Assembly (NCBI GenBank): GCA_965267345.1
Contig: OZ253947.1
Span: 138,814-202,813, forward strand
Direction of reading: 5' to 3'
Origin: Minisyncoccota bacterium
GTDB lineage: Bacteria; Patescibacteriota; Minisyncoccia; Phycocordibacterales; UBA2100
Length of the DNA: 64,000 bases
Shown: positions 46,701 through 56,883 of the stretch, one piece after another
Layout: each line of letters starts with the position of its first letter
Position numbering within the stretch: position 1 is the stretch's first letter
Made by a program: the position numbers and the translations under genes
Notes under the pieces: generated by a model
The model's database searches: none
What the model was told of the DNA's origin: nothing
What the model saw: only the letters and a program-made list of their open reading frames with translations

Positions 46701-46940
46701 CAGCGAATCGGAGAGATGGAAGTGTGGGCATTCCTCGGCTACGGTGCGGCGTACGCACTGCGGGAAGTGCTCACCATCAAATCTGACGACATTCTGGGAC
46801 GTTCAGCAGCCTTTGACGCCATTGTGAAGGGCGAGCGTATCCGCCAGCCAAACGTGCCGGCGACCTTCAACGTGTTGATTCGTCACCTGCGTGGTTTGGC
46901 ACTGGACATCAATTTAGAAAAAGATAGCGAGACTAAGTAG
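43767..46940 (+). CDS. rpoB: DNA-directed RNA polymerase beta subunit (compact form)
   Basis: Full set of rpoB conserved blocks, including the rifampicin-region-like segment. 1058 aa from ATG 43767. Confidence 0.97.
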   Translation: MSKTTLPKKYFGQFTENMTETPNLVREQLDSYEWLIEEGVKSVFDEFSPIADYSGKKFDLSISKFSFGKPEYDEHYAKLKRLTYKIPLRIDAKLVNKTTGETKSQEIFMADFPYMTDHGTFIINGVERVIVPQLARSYGVFFLKNLLKGAEYFGAKIIPARGAWVEIESEPDGAIYVKIDRKRKFSVTILLKVFGLETPEKMQKAFKGVKGAEDVLKASLDHDATETLDDAYIEIYKRLRDGDLATPENAREFVNSIFSEDRYDLSRVGRYQFNHRFGLETKEKALGDQILSQDDIVRIVSNIIELNNTPHAQEDDIDHLGFRRVRYVGEMMQHQVRIGMSRMKRNIQDRMSTVDVETSLPIQFINPRPFQAAIMEFFSTNQLSQFMDQNNILGELEHLRTLSALGPGGLTRERAGFDVRDVHTSHYGRLCPIQTPEGQNIGLILRLAVHARLNDFGIIETPYARVKNGKVTDEIVYLNALEEEEHLIVHAATKRDKSGKILADLVEARRHGEPEFVSPNDVAFIEVATNQAFSVATTMIPFLEHDDANRALMGSNMQKQATPCVVPEVPFVATGIEENAARDSGRLIIADEAGTITYADSRKIVLKDTKGKEHEYSLVNFSRTNNMSVLHQRVSVAVGDKVKRGDVLADNSSSVDGQIAIGQNVRVAFMSWAGANYEDAIVISERLVKQSKFTTIHVEEFVAYVRDTKLGPEVTTHDIPNVSEMKLRNLDEEGVVRIGAEVRPGDILVGKVTPKGETQLTPEERLLRSIFGEKAKDVKDTSLRMEAGKRGRIVGVRVFSRENGDQLESGIIKRIHIEVAQLRNVSVGDKLAGRHGNKGVISRVLPEEDMPYTKDGEPIDIILTPLGVPSRMNLGQILEMHLGLAAGELGYQAIVPPFSGTTEDEIVAELKAAGFPESGKMTLKDGRTGEAFDQDIAVGNMYILKLHHMVEDKIHMRSVGPYSITTQQPLGGKAQNGGQRIGEMEVWAFLGYGAAYALREVLTIKSDDILGRSAAFDAIVKGERIRQPNVPATFNVLIRHLRGLALDINLEKDSETK

Positions 46941-46945
46941 CGCCT

Positions 46946-49900
46946 ATGAAGACAAACAAAGAAACACTCATCAACGACTTCGATCAGGTGACGCTTAAGC
47001 TCGCCAGTCCGGAGCGCATCGAAGAATGGTCACGCGGCGAAGTAACCAAGCCCGAGACCATTAACTACCGCACGCAGCGACCGGAGAAGAACGGTTTGTT
47101 CGACGAAAAGATTTTCGGTCCGGAAAAAGACTTCGAATGTTACTGTGGGAAGTACCGCGGCATTCGCTTTAAGGGCATTGTGTGTGAAAAGTGTGGTGTT
47201 GAAGTCACCCGCAGCGTCGTGCGTCGTGAGCGCATGGGGCACATTGAATTGGCGACACCTGTTGCCCATATCTGGTTCCTGCGCGGCATTCCGTCACGCA
47301 TCGCACTGATGCTCGGCATTTCAGCGTCTGACGTTGAAAAGGTGGTCTACTTTGCCGGCTACATCATTACGAAGGTGATCGACGAAGAGAAGGCACGCTT
47401 GCTGAAGGATCTGGAAAACGAATTTAAAGCAAAGGCGAAAGACCTCAAAGACGAAAACGCCAAAAAGAAACTCAAAGACATGGCAAGTGCTGCCAAGAAG
47501 GAAATTGAGAGTATTAAGGAAGGTATCGTGCTCGACGAGGCCGACTACCACAAGTTTGCCCTCAAGTACTCAGCATGTTTTGAGGCACGCATTGGTGCGG
47601 AAGCACTGTACGACATCTTCAAAAATGTCGACCTTAAAACGTTCAAAGACGAGCTGCTTACCCAGTACGAAAAAGCAGGTGCTGCTGATCGCGCGAAACT
47701 GCAGAAGCGCATTGCACTCGTCAGCAACATGATTGAGGCCAACATCCGCCCTGAGTGGATGTTTATGACGCGACTCCCTGTTATTCCGCCGGCGCTGCGT
47801 CCGATGGTGGCACTGGAAGGTGGTCGCCACGCCAGCTCCGACATCAACGACCTCTACCGTCGTGTCATCAACCGAAACAATCGACTCAAAAAACTGAAAG
47901 ACATTTACGCACCCGACGTTATTTTGCGTAACGAAAAGCGCATCTTGCAGGAAGCGGTTGACGCGCTGCTCGATAACTCAGTACGTCGCGGCAACACGGC
48001 CTACTCGGTCGGTGGGCAACGCACCCGTCCGCTGAAGTCACTCGCTGATTACCTGAAGGGTAAGCAGGGGTACTTCCGTCAGAACTTGCTCGGTAAGCGT
48101 GTCGACTACTCAGGTCGCTCGGTGATTGTGATCGGTCCGACACTCGCACTCGACCAGTGTGGTCTGCCAAAGATGATGGCACTTGAGCTGTTCCGTCCGT
48201 TTGTGATTGCGGGACTGCTCGAGCGAGAAATTGCCTACAACATTCGCGGCGCCGGTCGCCTCATTGAAGAGGGTATTCCGGAAGTGTGGGCGATCCTCGA
48301 AGAGGTGATTAAAGACAAATTCGTATTGCTCAACCGCGCACCAACACTGCACCGTCAGAGTATGCAGGCATTTCGTCCGGTGCTCATCGAAGGTTCGGCA
48401 ATTCAGCTGCATCCGCTCGTCTGTGAAGCATTCAACGCCGACTTCGACGGTGACCAGATGGCCGTGCACGTACCGCTGTCAGCGGAAGCACAGCTTGAGG
48501 CACGCGAAATCATGTCGGCACACAAAAATATTCTCAAGCCCGGATCCGGTGACGTGACGACCAACGCGCGTCAGGACATGATTCTCGGTATCTACTGGAT
48601 GACCAAAGAGGTAGCGGGCGCCAAAGGCGAGGGCCGCACCTTCGAGAGCACCAACCGCGCTATCGGTGCGTACGACTACGACATCGTTGACTTCCGCGCA
48701 AAAATTCAGGTGCTCCCAAGTGATTCACCAAAGTACGCACAGTTTGAGGGCAAACTCTTCGAGACAACCGTTGGCCGTCTGCTCTTTAACTCAGTGCTGC
48801 CGACCGACTTCCCGTACATTAACGAGACCATTGACCGTCGCAAGATGAGCGCCATCGTGGATGATCTCATCGCACAGTACGGACTCGAAGGCATGCCAAG
48901 CATCCTCGACAAGATCAAAGACTTCGGCTTCAAGTACGCAACACACGCCGGTATTACGTGGGGACTCTCAGACTTGGCAACACCGGTGAAGAAAGACGAC
49001 ATTATCGAAGAGAGTACGAAGGCCGTCCTCGAACTGCGCGAGCAGTACAATGAAGGACTCCTCTCTGACGCAGAGCGTCGCCGTATGACCATTGAAATCT
49101 GGCACAAGGCGAAAACGGCAATTGAGGAATCGGTTATGGAGGCTGTTGATCCAAACGGATCAGTGCACGACATGATTACCTCAGGTGCGCGTGGTTCTGT
49201 CGGACAGCTCACCCACATGACGGGTATGAAGGGACTCATCCAGAACCCGAACGGTGACATTATTGAGACTCCCGTTATTGCCTCATACAAAGAGGGTATG
49301 ACGCCAATTGAGTACTTCATTACCACACACGGTTCGCGTAAGGGTCTGGCCGACACGGCACTCAAGACCGCACAGGCGGGATACCTGACCCGTCGTCTGT
49401 TCGACGTGGCACAGGACATTGTGGTGACCGAAGACGACTGTGGTACGCGTGACGGTATTACCATTTACCGTGTGAACGCACTTGGCATGGAAATTCCGTT
49501 CGATCACTCACTCAAAGGTCGCGTGCTCGCTGAAGAGCTGAAGGTTGGAGACGATACCTTCAAGAAGGGACACTTGGTGACCACACTCGAGGCAATCGCC
49601 ATTCAGGCATCTGACATTCAGGAAGCAGTGGTGCGCTCGCCAATGACCTGTAAGACACAGCGTGGCGTCTGCCAGAAGTGTTACGGTTTCGACATGACCA
49701 CAAATGAACTGGTACGCATCGGTGAAGCCGTTGGTACCGTTGCTGCGCAGTCACTGGGTGAGCCATCAACACAGCTGACCATGAACACGAAGCACGCCGG
49801 TGGTGCCGCCTCAGTTGGTGGTGACATTACCCAAGGTTTGCCGCGTGTTGAAGAAGTGTTCGACCGCCGTTCACCAAAGAACCCGACTGCCATTGCACAC

Positions 49901-50623
49901 ATTGATGGTGTGGTGTCAGACCTGATCAAAGACGGTGACGACACAATCATCACACTGCTCCCTGAGGGTAGCAGCAAGAACGCGCGTAAGCGTGATATCG
50001 AGTACCGCGTGCCGGCCATTCGCCAAATTCTCGTGAAGAAGGGCGAGGCAGTCACCAAGGGACAATTCATGACTGATGGTTCTGCCGACCTTGAGGATCT
50101 CTTCCGCTACGGTGGCAAGGAGGCGACGCAGGAGTACATCATTTCTGAAATCAATAAGATTTACGAGCTGCAGGGTATTACGGTATCGCGCAAGCACCTC
50201 GAAGTCGTCATCAAACAGATGTTCTCACGTCGCAAAATTAAGACAGCGGGTGATACGAAATTCACTGCCGGTCAGGTGGTTGAAGATGTTGAACTCGAGC
50301 GCGAAAACGAGCGCGTAAAGGGCGAAGGTGGCACTGCTGCCGTTGGTGAACAGCTCGTCAGTGGTATTACCGAAACTGCACTGACACGTGACAGCTTCCT
50401 GTCAGCGTCATCATTCCAGAACACGACCCGCAAGCTCTCTGAAGCAGCGGTACGTGGTGCGGTTGATAAACTCGAAGGACTGAAAGAAAACGTTATCGTT
50501 GGACGCCTCATTCCGGCCGGTAGTGGCTTTGAGGGCAGCGAAAAGTATGCAGCAGTACACGAACTCAAGAACGAACTCGATCGTCTCGATCGCGAGGCGA
50601 TGGCAGCAGCAGACGACGAGTAG
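46946..50623 (+). CDS. rpoC: DNA-directed RNA polymerase beta' subunit
   Basis: Zinc-binding CxxC..CxxC N-terminus and NADFDGD catalytic motif. 1225 aa. Confidence 0.97.
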   Translation: MKTNKETLINDFDQVTLKLASPERIEEWSRGEVTKPETINYRTQRPEKNGLFDEKIFGPEKDFECYCGKYRGIRFKGIVCEKCGVEVTRSVVRRERMGHIELATPVAHIWFLRGIPSRIALMLGISASDVEKVVYFAGYIITKVIDEEKARLLKDLENEFKAKAKDLKDENAKKKLKDMASAAKKEIESIKEGIVLDEADYHKFALKYSACFEARIGAEALYDIFKNVDLKTFKDELLTQYEKAGAADRAKLQKRIALVSNMIEANIRPEWMFMTRLPVIPPALRPMVALEGGRHASSDINDLYRRVINRNNRLKKLKDIYAPDVILRNEKRILQEAVDALLDNSVRRGNTAYSVGGQRTRPLKSLADYLKGKQGYFRQNLLGKRVDYSGRSVIVIGPTLALDQCGLPKMMALELFRPFVIAGLLEREIAYNIRGAGRLIEEGIPEVWAILEEVIKDKFVLLNRAPTLHRQSMQAFRPVLIEGSAIQLHPLVCEAFNADFDGDQMAVHVPLSAEAQLEAREIMSAHKNILKPGSGDVTTNARQDMILGIYWMTKEVAGAKGEGRTFESTNRAIGAYDYDIVDFRAKIQVLPSDSPKYAQFEGKLFETTVGRLLFNSVLPTDFPYINETIDRRKMSAIVDDLIAQYGLEGMPSILDKIKDFGFKYATHAGITWGLSDLATPVKKDDIIEESTKAVLELREQYNEGLLSDAERRRMTIEIWHKAKTAIEESVMEAVDPNGSVHDMITSGARGSVGQLTHMTGMKGLIQNPNGDIIETPVIASYKEGMTPIEYFITTHGSRKGLADTALKTAQAGYLTRRLFDVAQDIVVTEDDCGTRDGITIYRVNALGMEIPFDHSLKGRVLAEELKVGDDTFKKGHLVTTLEAIAIQASDIQEAVVRSPMTCKTQRGVCQKCYGFDMTTNELVRIGEAVGTVAAQSLGEPSTQLTMNTKHAGGAASVGGDITQGLPRVEEVFDRRSPKNPTAIAHIDGVVSDLIKDGDDTIITLLPEGSSKNARKRDIEYRVPAIRQILVKKGEAVTKGQFMTDGSADLEDLFRYGGKEATQEYIISEINKIYELQGITVSRKHLEVVIKQMFSRRKIKTAGDTKFTAGQVVEDVELERENERVKGEGGTAAVGEQLVSGITETALTRDSFLSASSFQNTTRKLSEAAVRGAVDKLEGLKENVIVGRLIPAGSGFEGSEKYAAVHELKNELDRLDREAMAAADDE

Positions 50624-50685
50624 AGCGCGCGGTGCGCTATACTGTGAGTCACGGGCAGACCAGCCCGCGCACCAATACGCGTATG

Positions 50686-52419
50686 AGTACTGTTGACCAA
50701 ATCAAAGGACGTCTGTCTATTGAGGATGTTGTTGCGCAGTACGTAAAACTGACACCTGCCGGCGCAAACATGAAGGCGCGCTGTCCCTTTCACAATGAGC
50801 GTACGCCGTCATTCATGATTTCACCGGCGCGGCAGACGTACCACTGCTTCGGGTGCGGTGTCGGTGGCGATATGTTCACCTTCATTCAGGAAATCGAAGG
50901 GCTCGATTTCAAAGGTGCACTCAAGCTTCTTGCCGACAAGGCGGGTGTGGAGATCACCTACGAACCGCGCGAGGATCGCGACGAGAAGGACGAGCTGTAC
51001 GCGCTCATGGAAGCAGCGACAGTGTTCTTTGAGAAGCAGTTTGCCGACCACACAGCGGCACAGAAGTACATGGACGAGCGCGGGGTTACGCAGAAAACGC
51101 GCACGGCGTTTCGTATCGGATTTGCACCCGACGCATGGGATGCACTACTCACACATCTCAGGGCGCAGGGCTTTAGCGACGCGCGTATTGAAGCGGCCGG
51201 ACTCAGTAAGCGTGGCGAGCGTGCCAATCGATACTACGATCGATTTCGCTCGCGCATCATGTTCCCGATTGCCGACAGCGCCGGACGCGTCGTTGCGTTT
51301 TCGGGGCGAATTTTCTCGTCTGAACAGCAAAAAAGCACAAAAGGGGAGGGCGAGGTCGCTAAGTACATTAACTCGCCGGAGACACCGCTCTATCACAAAT
51401 CGCGTTTGTTGTACGGCTACGATCGCGCACGGCAGAGCATCCGAAAACTCGACTTTGCTATTTTGGTTGAAGGGCAGATGGATCTGCTTGCCACGCATCA
51501 GGCAGGGTACACAAATACAGTGGCACTTTCCGGCACGGCACTCACACCCGAGCACATTACGCTGTTGAGTCGCATGTCGCACAATCTCGTCATCGCGCTT
51601 GACGCTGATGACGCGGGTGTCGCCAGTGCAGGGAAGAGTGCGCGCGCAGCGCTCCGTGCCGGTTTTGACGTGAAGATTGCCGAACTCCCCGAAGGAAGCG
51701 ACCCCGCCGACATTCTTGCCGCGGGCGACGCTGACGTATGGCGCGACGTCATTAAAAATGCGGGGCACGTTATTGAGTTTCTACTTGCACGGTACCGTCG
51801 CCGCGCAGCCGACGAACGTGCATTCAAGCGAGCTGTCGAAAAGCACGTGCTGCCGTTTCTTGCCGACATTACGAGTGAAATAGATAAAACGCACTTCATA
51901 CAACTCGTCGCAGCGCGCTTGAAGGTAAGTGAAGAAGTGGTACGGACTGCACTTGCCGATGTTGCGCGGAACGAAGATTCGTTTGTTACATCTGCCGCTG
52001 ATAGCGCACACAAGCGAACAACTGCGCCTGATGCACAGGAAACACTTATACAGCTCCTCAAGTGGCAGAAACAATTACCGAAACCCGCGGTTGACGTTGC
52101 GAACGTGGAAGCGCAGCTCGAGGAACTCCTCACTCCAGTCGGCGTGTCGGCGCTACAGGAGAAGCTCAAAGACGACACGCACGCTGCGTTTCGCTTCGAA
52201 GCACTGTTTGGTGATGCTGAGAGCGTGCAGCATGCAACAGAAGAGCTCCTCATTCGTCTCAAGAAAGAGCTGCTCACGGCAGCACTGCAGCAGGCGATTG
52301 AGCAACTGCGACAGGCAGAGAGTGAAGGGGATACCGCGCGCGTCGCGCAGTACCAGAAGGACTGTCAGGATTTACATACCCAATTACGTGATTTGCAAGA
52401 TGCAGGTGTTGAAAATTAG
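50686..52419 (+). CDS. dnaG: DNA primase
   Basis: CPFHNERTPSF..YHCFGCGVGGD zinc ribbon and TOPRIM. ATG 50686 chosen; the ORF's GTG at 50632 overlaps the -10 element. Confidence 0.9.
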   Translation, partial: STVDQIKGRLSIEDVVAQYVKLTPAGANMKARCPFHNERTPSFMISPARQTYHCFGCGVGGDMFTFIQEIEGLDFKGALKLLADKAGVEITYEPREDRDEKDELYALMEAATVFFEKQFADHTAAQKYMDERGVTQKTRTAFRIGFAPDAWDALLTHLRAQGFSDARIEAAGLSKRGERANRYYDRFRSRIMFPIADSAGRVVAFSGRIFSSEQQKSTKGEGEVAKYINSPETPLYHKSRLLYGYDRARQSIRKLDFAILVEGQMDLLATHQAGYTNTVALSGTALTPEHITLLSRMSHNLVIALDADDAGVASAGKSARAALRAGFDVKIAELPEGSDPADILAAGDADVWRDVIKNAGHVIEFLLARYRRRAADERAFKRAVEKHVLPFLADITSEIDKTHFIQLVAARLKVSEEVVRTALADVARNEDSFVTSAADSAHKRTTAPDAQETLIQLLKWQKQLPKPAVDVANVEAQLEELLTPVGVSALQEKLKDDTHAAFRFEALFGDAESVQHATEELLIRLKKELLTAALQQAIEQLRQAESEGDTARVAQYQKDCQDLHTQLRDLQDAGVEN

Positions 52420-52446
52420 CAAAAACAATATAGAGTAGTAAGAATT

Positions 52447-53718
52447 ATGGCTCAAAAGAAGGCGGCGAAAAAAGCTGCTCGCACGAAAGGCGCTGCTGCC
52501 AAAAAAGCGGCAACACCAAAAAAGCGCGCAGTAAAAAAGAAGACCACATCACGCAGCACACGCACTGCGGCGAAAAAGGCTACAGGCCGCAAAACGCCGG
52601 TACGTAGGACAGCAGCGAAAGCGGCGAAAAGCACGAAGAGTACGCCAGATAGCCGCGAAAAGCACGCAAAGTTGCTGATGAAGCAGGGGCATGAGCGTGG
52701 CTACGTGACGTACGACGAAATACTCAAGGAGGTGCCGACTATTGAGCAAGATATTGATTTTCTCGAGGAAATGTACGAGCGGTTTGCCGCTGCTGGCATT
52801 GATGTGATTGAAGGCGGCGGTATGCTCGAGGACAACACTGCCGAGTTGCTGGACAATCGCAAGTTTGGTTCCGGAAGCGAGGGCGCCCGCGATTCAGTGC
52901 AAATGTATTTGCGCGAAATCGGGCAGTACCCGCTTTTGAATGCCGAACAGGAGAAAGAGCTGGCAAAACGCATTGAAGCGGGTGATGACGAAGCGCGTGG
53001 TATCTTGGCGCGTTCAAACTTGCGCTTGGTGGTATCTATCGCCAAAAAGTACGTTGGCCGCTCGAGCGACCTCACGCTGCTTGATCTGATTCAAGAAGGT
53101 AACATCGGCCTCTTTAAGGCAGTTGATAAATTTGATTACACAAAGGGCTACAAGTTTTCAACGTATGCGACCTGGTGGATTCGTCAGGCAATCACCCGCG
53201 CACTTGCTGATCAGTCGCGCACCATTCGTATCCCCGTGCATATGGTGGAAACCATTGCCAAGTATAAGCAGCGCGTGCGCGAGCTTTCACAGCACCTCGG
53301 CCGCGACCCGATGCCCGAAGAAATTGCCGTTGAGATGGGGCTCGACGTTGATAAGGTGCATCACATTCAAAAGATTAGCCAAGCGACGGTGTCACTGGAG
53401 TCACCTGTGGGTGACGAAGGAGAAGACAAGTCGACACTCGGAAACTTCATTGCTGACGATAAAATTGAGTCACCTGATCAGGCGGCGAGTCGCCGCATTC
53501 TCTCTGAGCATATTATGGCGGTACTCGACGAGCTTTCCGATAAAGAGCGTAAGATTCTCGAGATGCGTAACGGTCTCAATGAGGAGGGCATTTGCTACAC
53601 ACTTGAGGAAGTGGGGCGCATGTTTGGTGTGACGCGTGAGCGTATTCGCCAGATTGAAGCAAAAGCACTTGAGAAAATTCGTTTCCACGAACGCGCTGAG
53701 CAACTCAAAAACTACTAG
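52447..53718 (+). CDS. rpoD: RNA polymerase sigma-70 factor with Lys/Ala-rich N-terminal tail
   Basis: Regions 1.2 to 4.2 are present ([42 protein letters not shown]). The first 80 aa or so form a histone-H1-like AKK-rich tail. Confidence 0.93.
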   Translation: MAQKKAAKKAARTKGAAAKKAATPKKRAVKKKTTSRSTRTAAKKATGRKTPVRRTAAKAAKSTKSTPDSREKHAKLLMKQGHERGYVTYDEILKEVPTIEQDIDFLEEMYERFAAAGIDVIEGGGMLEDNTAELLDNRKFGSGSEGARDSVQMYLREIGQYPLLNAEQEKELAKRIEAGDDEARGILARSNLRLVVSIAKKYVGRSSDLTLLDLIQEGNIGLFKAVDKFDYTKGYKFSTYATWWIRQAITRALADQSRTIRIPVHMVETIAKYKQRVRELSQHLGRDPMPEEIAVEMGLDVDKVHHIQKISQATVSLESPVGDEGEDKSTLGNFIADDKIESPDQAASRRILSEHIMAVLDELSDKERKILEMRNGLNEEGICYTLEEVGRMFGVTRERIRQIEAKALEKIRFHERAEQLKNY

Positions 53719-53774
53719 AATACAAAAACCCTGCCACTCTGGCGTGGTTTTTGTATTGTGTTTGGATTAAGTCG

Positions 53775-55076
53775 TTAGGATACGAAGCCGGTCGTGTGGA
53801 AGATAATGAGCGCGACGGTGGCTATCGACAGGCCGACGGCGGTCACGACTGCACCCGACTTGAGCCACTTGATGAAGGAGATTGGTTCATCAGTTTGTTC
53901 TGCTTTTGAAACAACGATAATACCGGCGGTTGAGCCAATTGGTGATCCATTACCACCAAAGCCAACACCAAAGACCAGTGCCCACCAGAGCAGGTCAACC
54001 GGTATGCCAGAGCTTTCAAGGTAGAGCACGATCGGAATCATTGCCACGGTCAGTGGGATGTTGTCGACGATAGCTGACGCAATAGCCGATACCCACAAAA
54101 TAATGATGGCGGTGAGTAGCAAGTTACTCTCGGCACTTGCCGTGATGAGATGCGCCAGCTGTTCAAGGACACCGGCGTGTTCGAGACCACCAACGGTGAT
54201 AAACAATGAGGCGAAGAAGAGCAGCACGGAGAGCTCAGTTCTTTGAATAATCGGCTGCGGGTCTTCAGTTGCCGTTACGAGAAGCAAAATGACTGATGCA
54301 CCCATGAGTGCAATGAGTGATGCCTCCAAGTGGAGCATGCCGTGCAAAAAGAAGAGTACAACAACACCGCCGAGTACGATAAGCGCTTTCTTGAGCGTGT
54401 GCGGATCGGTGATCGCCTCGCGCTCATTCATCTGCATCAGCTCGTCAATGTGCTGTGGTTCCTGCGCAATTTCCTTTTTGAAGAGAAAGCGGAACACAAG
54501 GAAGGTAATGGCGCCAACAACAATAGTCACCGGCAACGAGTGCAAGAGGAAGGTGTTAAAGGTAAAGTCAGCCGCCGAGCCGATCATGATGTTTGGCGGA
54601 TCACCAACCAGTGTGGCGGTACCACCGACGTTCGAGAGCATCGCCTCGACGAGCAAAATTGGCGTCGCACTAATGCCGAGCATACGCGCGATAATAATAG
54701 TGATTGGTACAATCAGAATGATCGTGGTGACGTTATCGAGAATCATCGACAGGAACGCCGTCAACGAACCTAGCGCCAGCATCAAGAGCCATGGTTTCCC
54801 GCCTGTTTTCTTTGCGGTGAGAATACCGAGGTACTGGAACACACCCGTGCGTTCGAGCACCACAACGAGCACCATCATACCGAATAAGAGGCCGAGTGTG
54901 TTGAAGTCAACGGCCATCAAAGCATCTTCGGGGTGGTAGAAATCAAATGCGATGCCGGCAACCACCATCAAGACGGCACCGGCCATGGCGACAACGGTGC
55001 GATGGACGCGCTCGGTGAGGATGAGTGCGAACGTGACACCGAAGATGAGACTACTGATTATTGCTGCAAGTGACAT
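53775..55076 (-). CDS. ArsB/NhaD-superfamily anion permease (CitMHS/DASS-like)
   Basis: About 12 TM segments, internal duplication, and conserved GG/Pro-rich hairpin motifs (GDPPNIMIG, GGNGSPIGSTAG). Confidence 0.65.
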   Translation of the reverse strand: MSLAAIISSLIFGVTFALILTERVHRTVVAMAGAVLMVVAGIAFDFYHPEDALMAVDFNTLGLLFGMMVLVVVLERTGVFQYLGILTAKKTGGKPWLLMLALGSLTAFLSMILDNVTTIILIVPITIIIARMLGISATPILLVEAMLSNVGGTATLVGDPPNIMIGSAADFTFNTFLLHSLPVTIVVGAITFLVFRFLFKKEIAQEPQHIDELMQMNEREAITDPHTLKKALIVLGGVVVLFFLHGMLHLEASLIALMGASVILLLVTATEDPQPIIQRTELSVLLFFASLFITVGGLEHAGVLEQLAHLITASAESNLLLTAIIILWVSAIASAIVDNIPLTVAMIPIVLYLESSGIPVDLLWWALVFGVGFGGNGSPIGSTAGIIVVSKAEQTDEPISFIKWLKSGAVVTAVGLSIATVALIIFHTTGFVS

Positions 55077-55134
55077 ACAAATGAAAGACGGTGCGCCCCG
55101 TATATGAGAGCGCACCAGTTACGTTACCCGTGAG

Positions 55135-55638
55135 TTATTTATCGTCTAAGTCAGTGAAGCAGTCGCCGCAGAGTCCGAGCGTCATACCGATAACCTGCTT
55201 CAGTTCGGTGCGCGTCAGAATGCCAAGCGGCTTTCGCGCATCATCGACAACCACAATGCGTCCGCGACCTGATTGCGCGGCAATGACTGCCGCTTCAATA
55301 ATGTTGCCGTCCGCCTGCATTGAGGGCACGTCGGTGTCCATGAATTCAGTGACGGGCGTATCTTTAACGCGCTCAGCGTCTTTTTTAAGGAGTGAGAGGT
55401 TTGCGAATCGCGCGGCCACTTCACTTTCCTCGAGGTAGTCGGGGAGTACGGCTTTGATGATATCAAGTGCCGTGACCATACCAACCAGCGCACCACTGTC
55501 ATCGACAACCGTGAGCGAATTGCGCTTCTCTTCGATCATTTTTTTGAGCGTTGAGAAAAGCGTCTCTGTATTAGGGATAAGAATAGATGGACGCATGATG
55601 GCGTCCGCATTTACGCGTGTGCTATGAATATCAATCAT
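55135..55638 (-). CDS. CBS-domain pair protein, probably a regulatory partner of the downstream permease
   Basis: Two CBS motifs (..LTVVDDSGALVGMVTALDII.., ..RIVVVDDARKPLGILTRTEL..). Co-oriented with the permease and 20 nt upstream of it. Confidence 0.7.
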   Translation of the reverse strand: MIDIHSTRVNADAIMRPSILIPNTETLFSTLKKMIEEKRNSLTVVDDSGALVGMVTALDIIKAVLPDYLEESEVAARFANLSLLKKDAERVKDTPVTEFMDTDVPSMQADGNIIEAAVIAAQSGRGRIVVVDDARKPLGILTRTELKQVIGMTLGLCGDCFTDLDDK

Positions 55639-55728
55639 AAACGGCGCAAATATACACCCGTCACCACACGGGTGCAAGGGGTGCTGTGCACAGAGCGCTG
55701 CAGCGGTGTGTGCTATACTGCGCGAATT

Positions 55729-56883
55729 ATGGATTACGGCGCAGAGTCACTGAAACAGCATGCAGCAAAGAAGGGCAAGCTCAGTGTTGAGAGTACCTTT
55801 CCGCTGACCACTACCGATGAGCTCTCCATTGCCTACACTCCGGGCATTGCATCAGTGTCACAAGAGCTTGCAGCACATCCTGAGCGCGCTGCTGAGTTTG
55901 TCACGGCAAAGCGTACGGTGGCGGTAGTTACCGACGGCTCCGCCGTACTCGGGCTGGGCAATATCGGGCCTGTTGCCGCACTGCCTGTCATGGAGGGAAA
56001 GGCGGCACTCTTTAAGCGTTTTGCCGATATTGATGCATTTCCTATTGCTCTTAATACGCAAGACGTTGACGAAATCGTTGAAACCATTGTACGCATTACA
56101 CCGACGTTTGGCGGCATTAACCTCGAAGACATTGCTGCGCCGCGCTGTTTTGAAATTGAAGAGCGGCTCAAGCGCATCCTGCCGATTCCCGTATTTCATG
56201 ACGATCAGCACGGCACGGCGATTGTGGTACTTGCGGCACTACTCAATGCGCTCACGGTTACGAAGCGGGAGAAGGAAACCACAAAAATTGTTGTTGCCGG
56301 TTCAGGTGCTGCCGGCATTGCTATTGTGAGCCTCCTGAACAAGGCAGGATTTCCGCGTGTGTCGCTCGTTGATCGTGGTGGTATTGTCTCGGAGTGCCGA
56401 GATGACCTCAATCACGCACAACAGCGCATGCTCGAGTGCTGTGCGATTAGTGAAATATGTGGTGACCTCAAGGACGTTGTGGTAAATGCGGATGTGTTTA
56501 TCGGTGTTTCAGCCGCTAATATTCTCACGTCCGAAATGGTTGTCACGATGCAAAAGAATCCGATTATTTTTGCGCTCGCAAACCCGACGCCGGAAATTAC
56601 ACCTGAAGATGCGCACGCTGCGGGTGCCGCCGTTGTCGCAACGGGGCGGTCCGATTATCCGAATCAGGTAAACAACGTCCTCGCATTTCCAGGGATCTTT
56701 AAGGGCGCATTTGCGGCGGGTGTTAAACAAATTACTGATGATATGAAGCTACGCGCAGCGCATGTACTGGCTGCGCTGGTGCCGACGCCAACAGCGGAGT
56801 GTATTATTCCGAATCCATTTCTCGACGGTGTAGCTGATGCTGTTGCCGACGCCGTGTGCGCCGCAGCTGCATCAGATGAATAG
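55729..56883 (+). CDS. NAD(P)-dependent malic enzyme (short form)
   Basis: LSIAYTPGIA, VVTDGSAVLGLGNIGP, GINLEDIAAPRCFEIE, FHDDQHGTAIV and a GSGAAG Rossmann motif. Confidence 0.85.
   Translation: MDYGAESLKQHAAKKGKLSVESTFPLTTTDELSIAYTPGIASVSQELAAHPERAAEFVTAKRTVAVVTDGSAVLGLGNIGPVAALPVMEGKAALFKRFADIDAFPIALNTQDVDEIVETIVRITPTFGGINLEDIAAPRCFEIEERLKRILPIPVFHDDQHGTAIVVLAALLNALTVTKREKETTKIVVAGSGAAGIAIVSLLNKAGFPRVSLVDRGGIVSECRDDLNHAQQRMLECCAISEICGDLKDVVVNADVFIGVSAANILTSEMVVTMQKNPIIFALANPTPEITPEDAHAAGAAVVATGRSDYPNQVNNVLAFPGIFKGAFAAGVKQITDDMKLRAAHVLAALVPTPTAECIIPNPFLDGVADAVADAVCAAAASDE

Noticed and set aside
50632-50685. GTG at 50632 as the dnaG start (the ORF-track start).
   Set aside because: This GTG lies inside the TATACT -10 element. 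The ATG at 50686 gives the canonical primase N-terminus with the zinc ribbon about 30 aa in.
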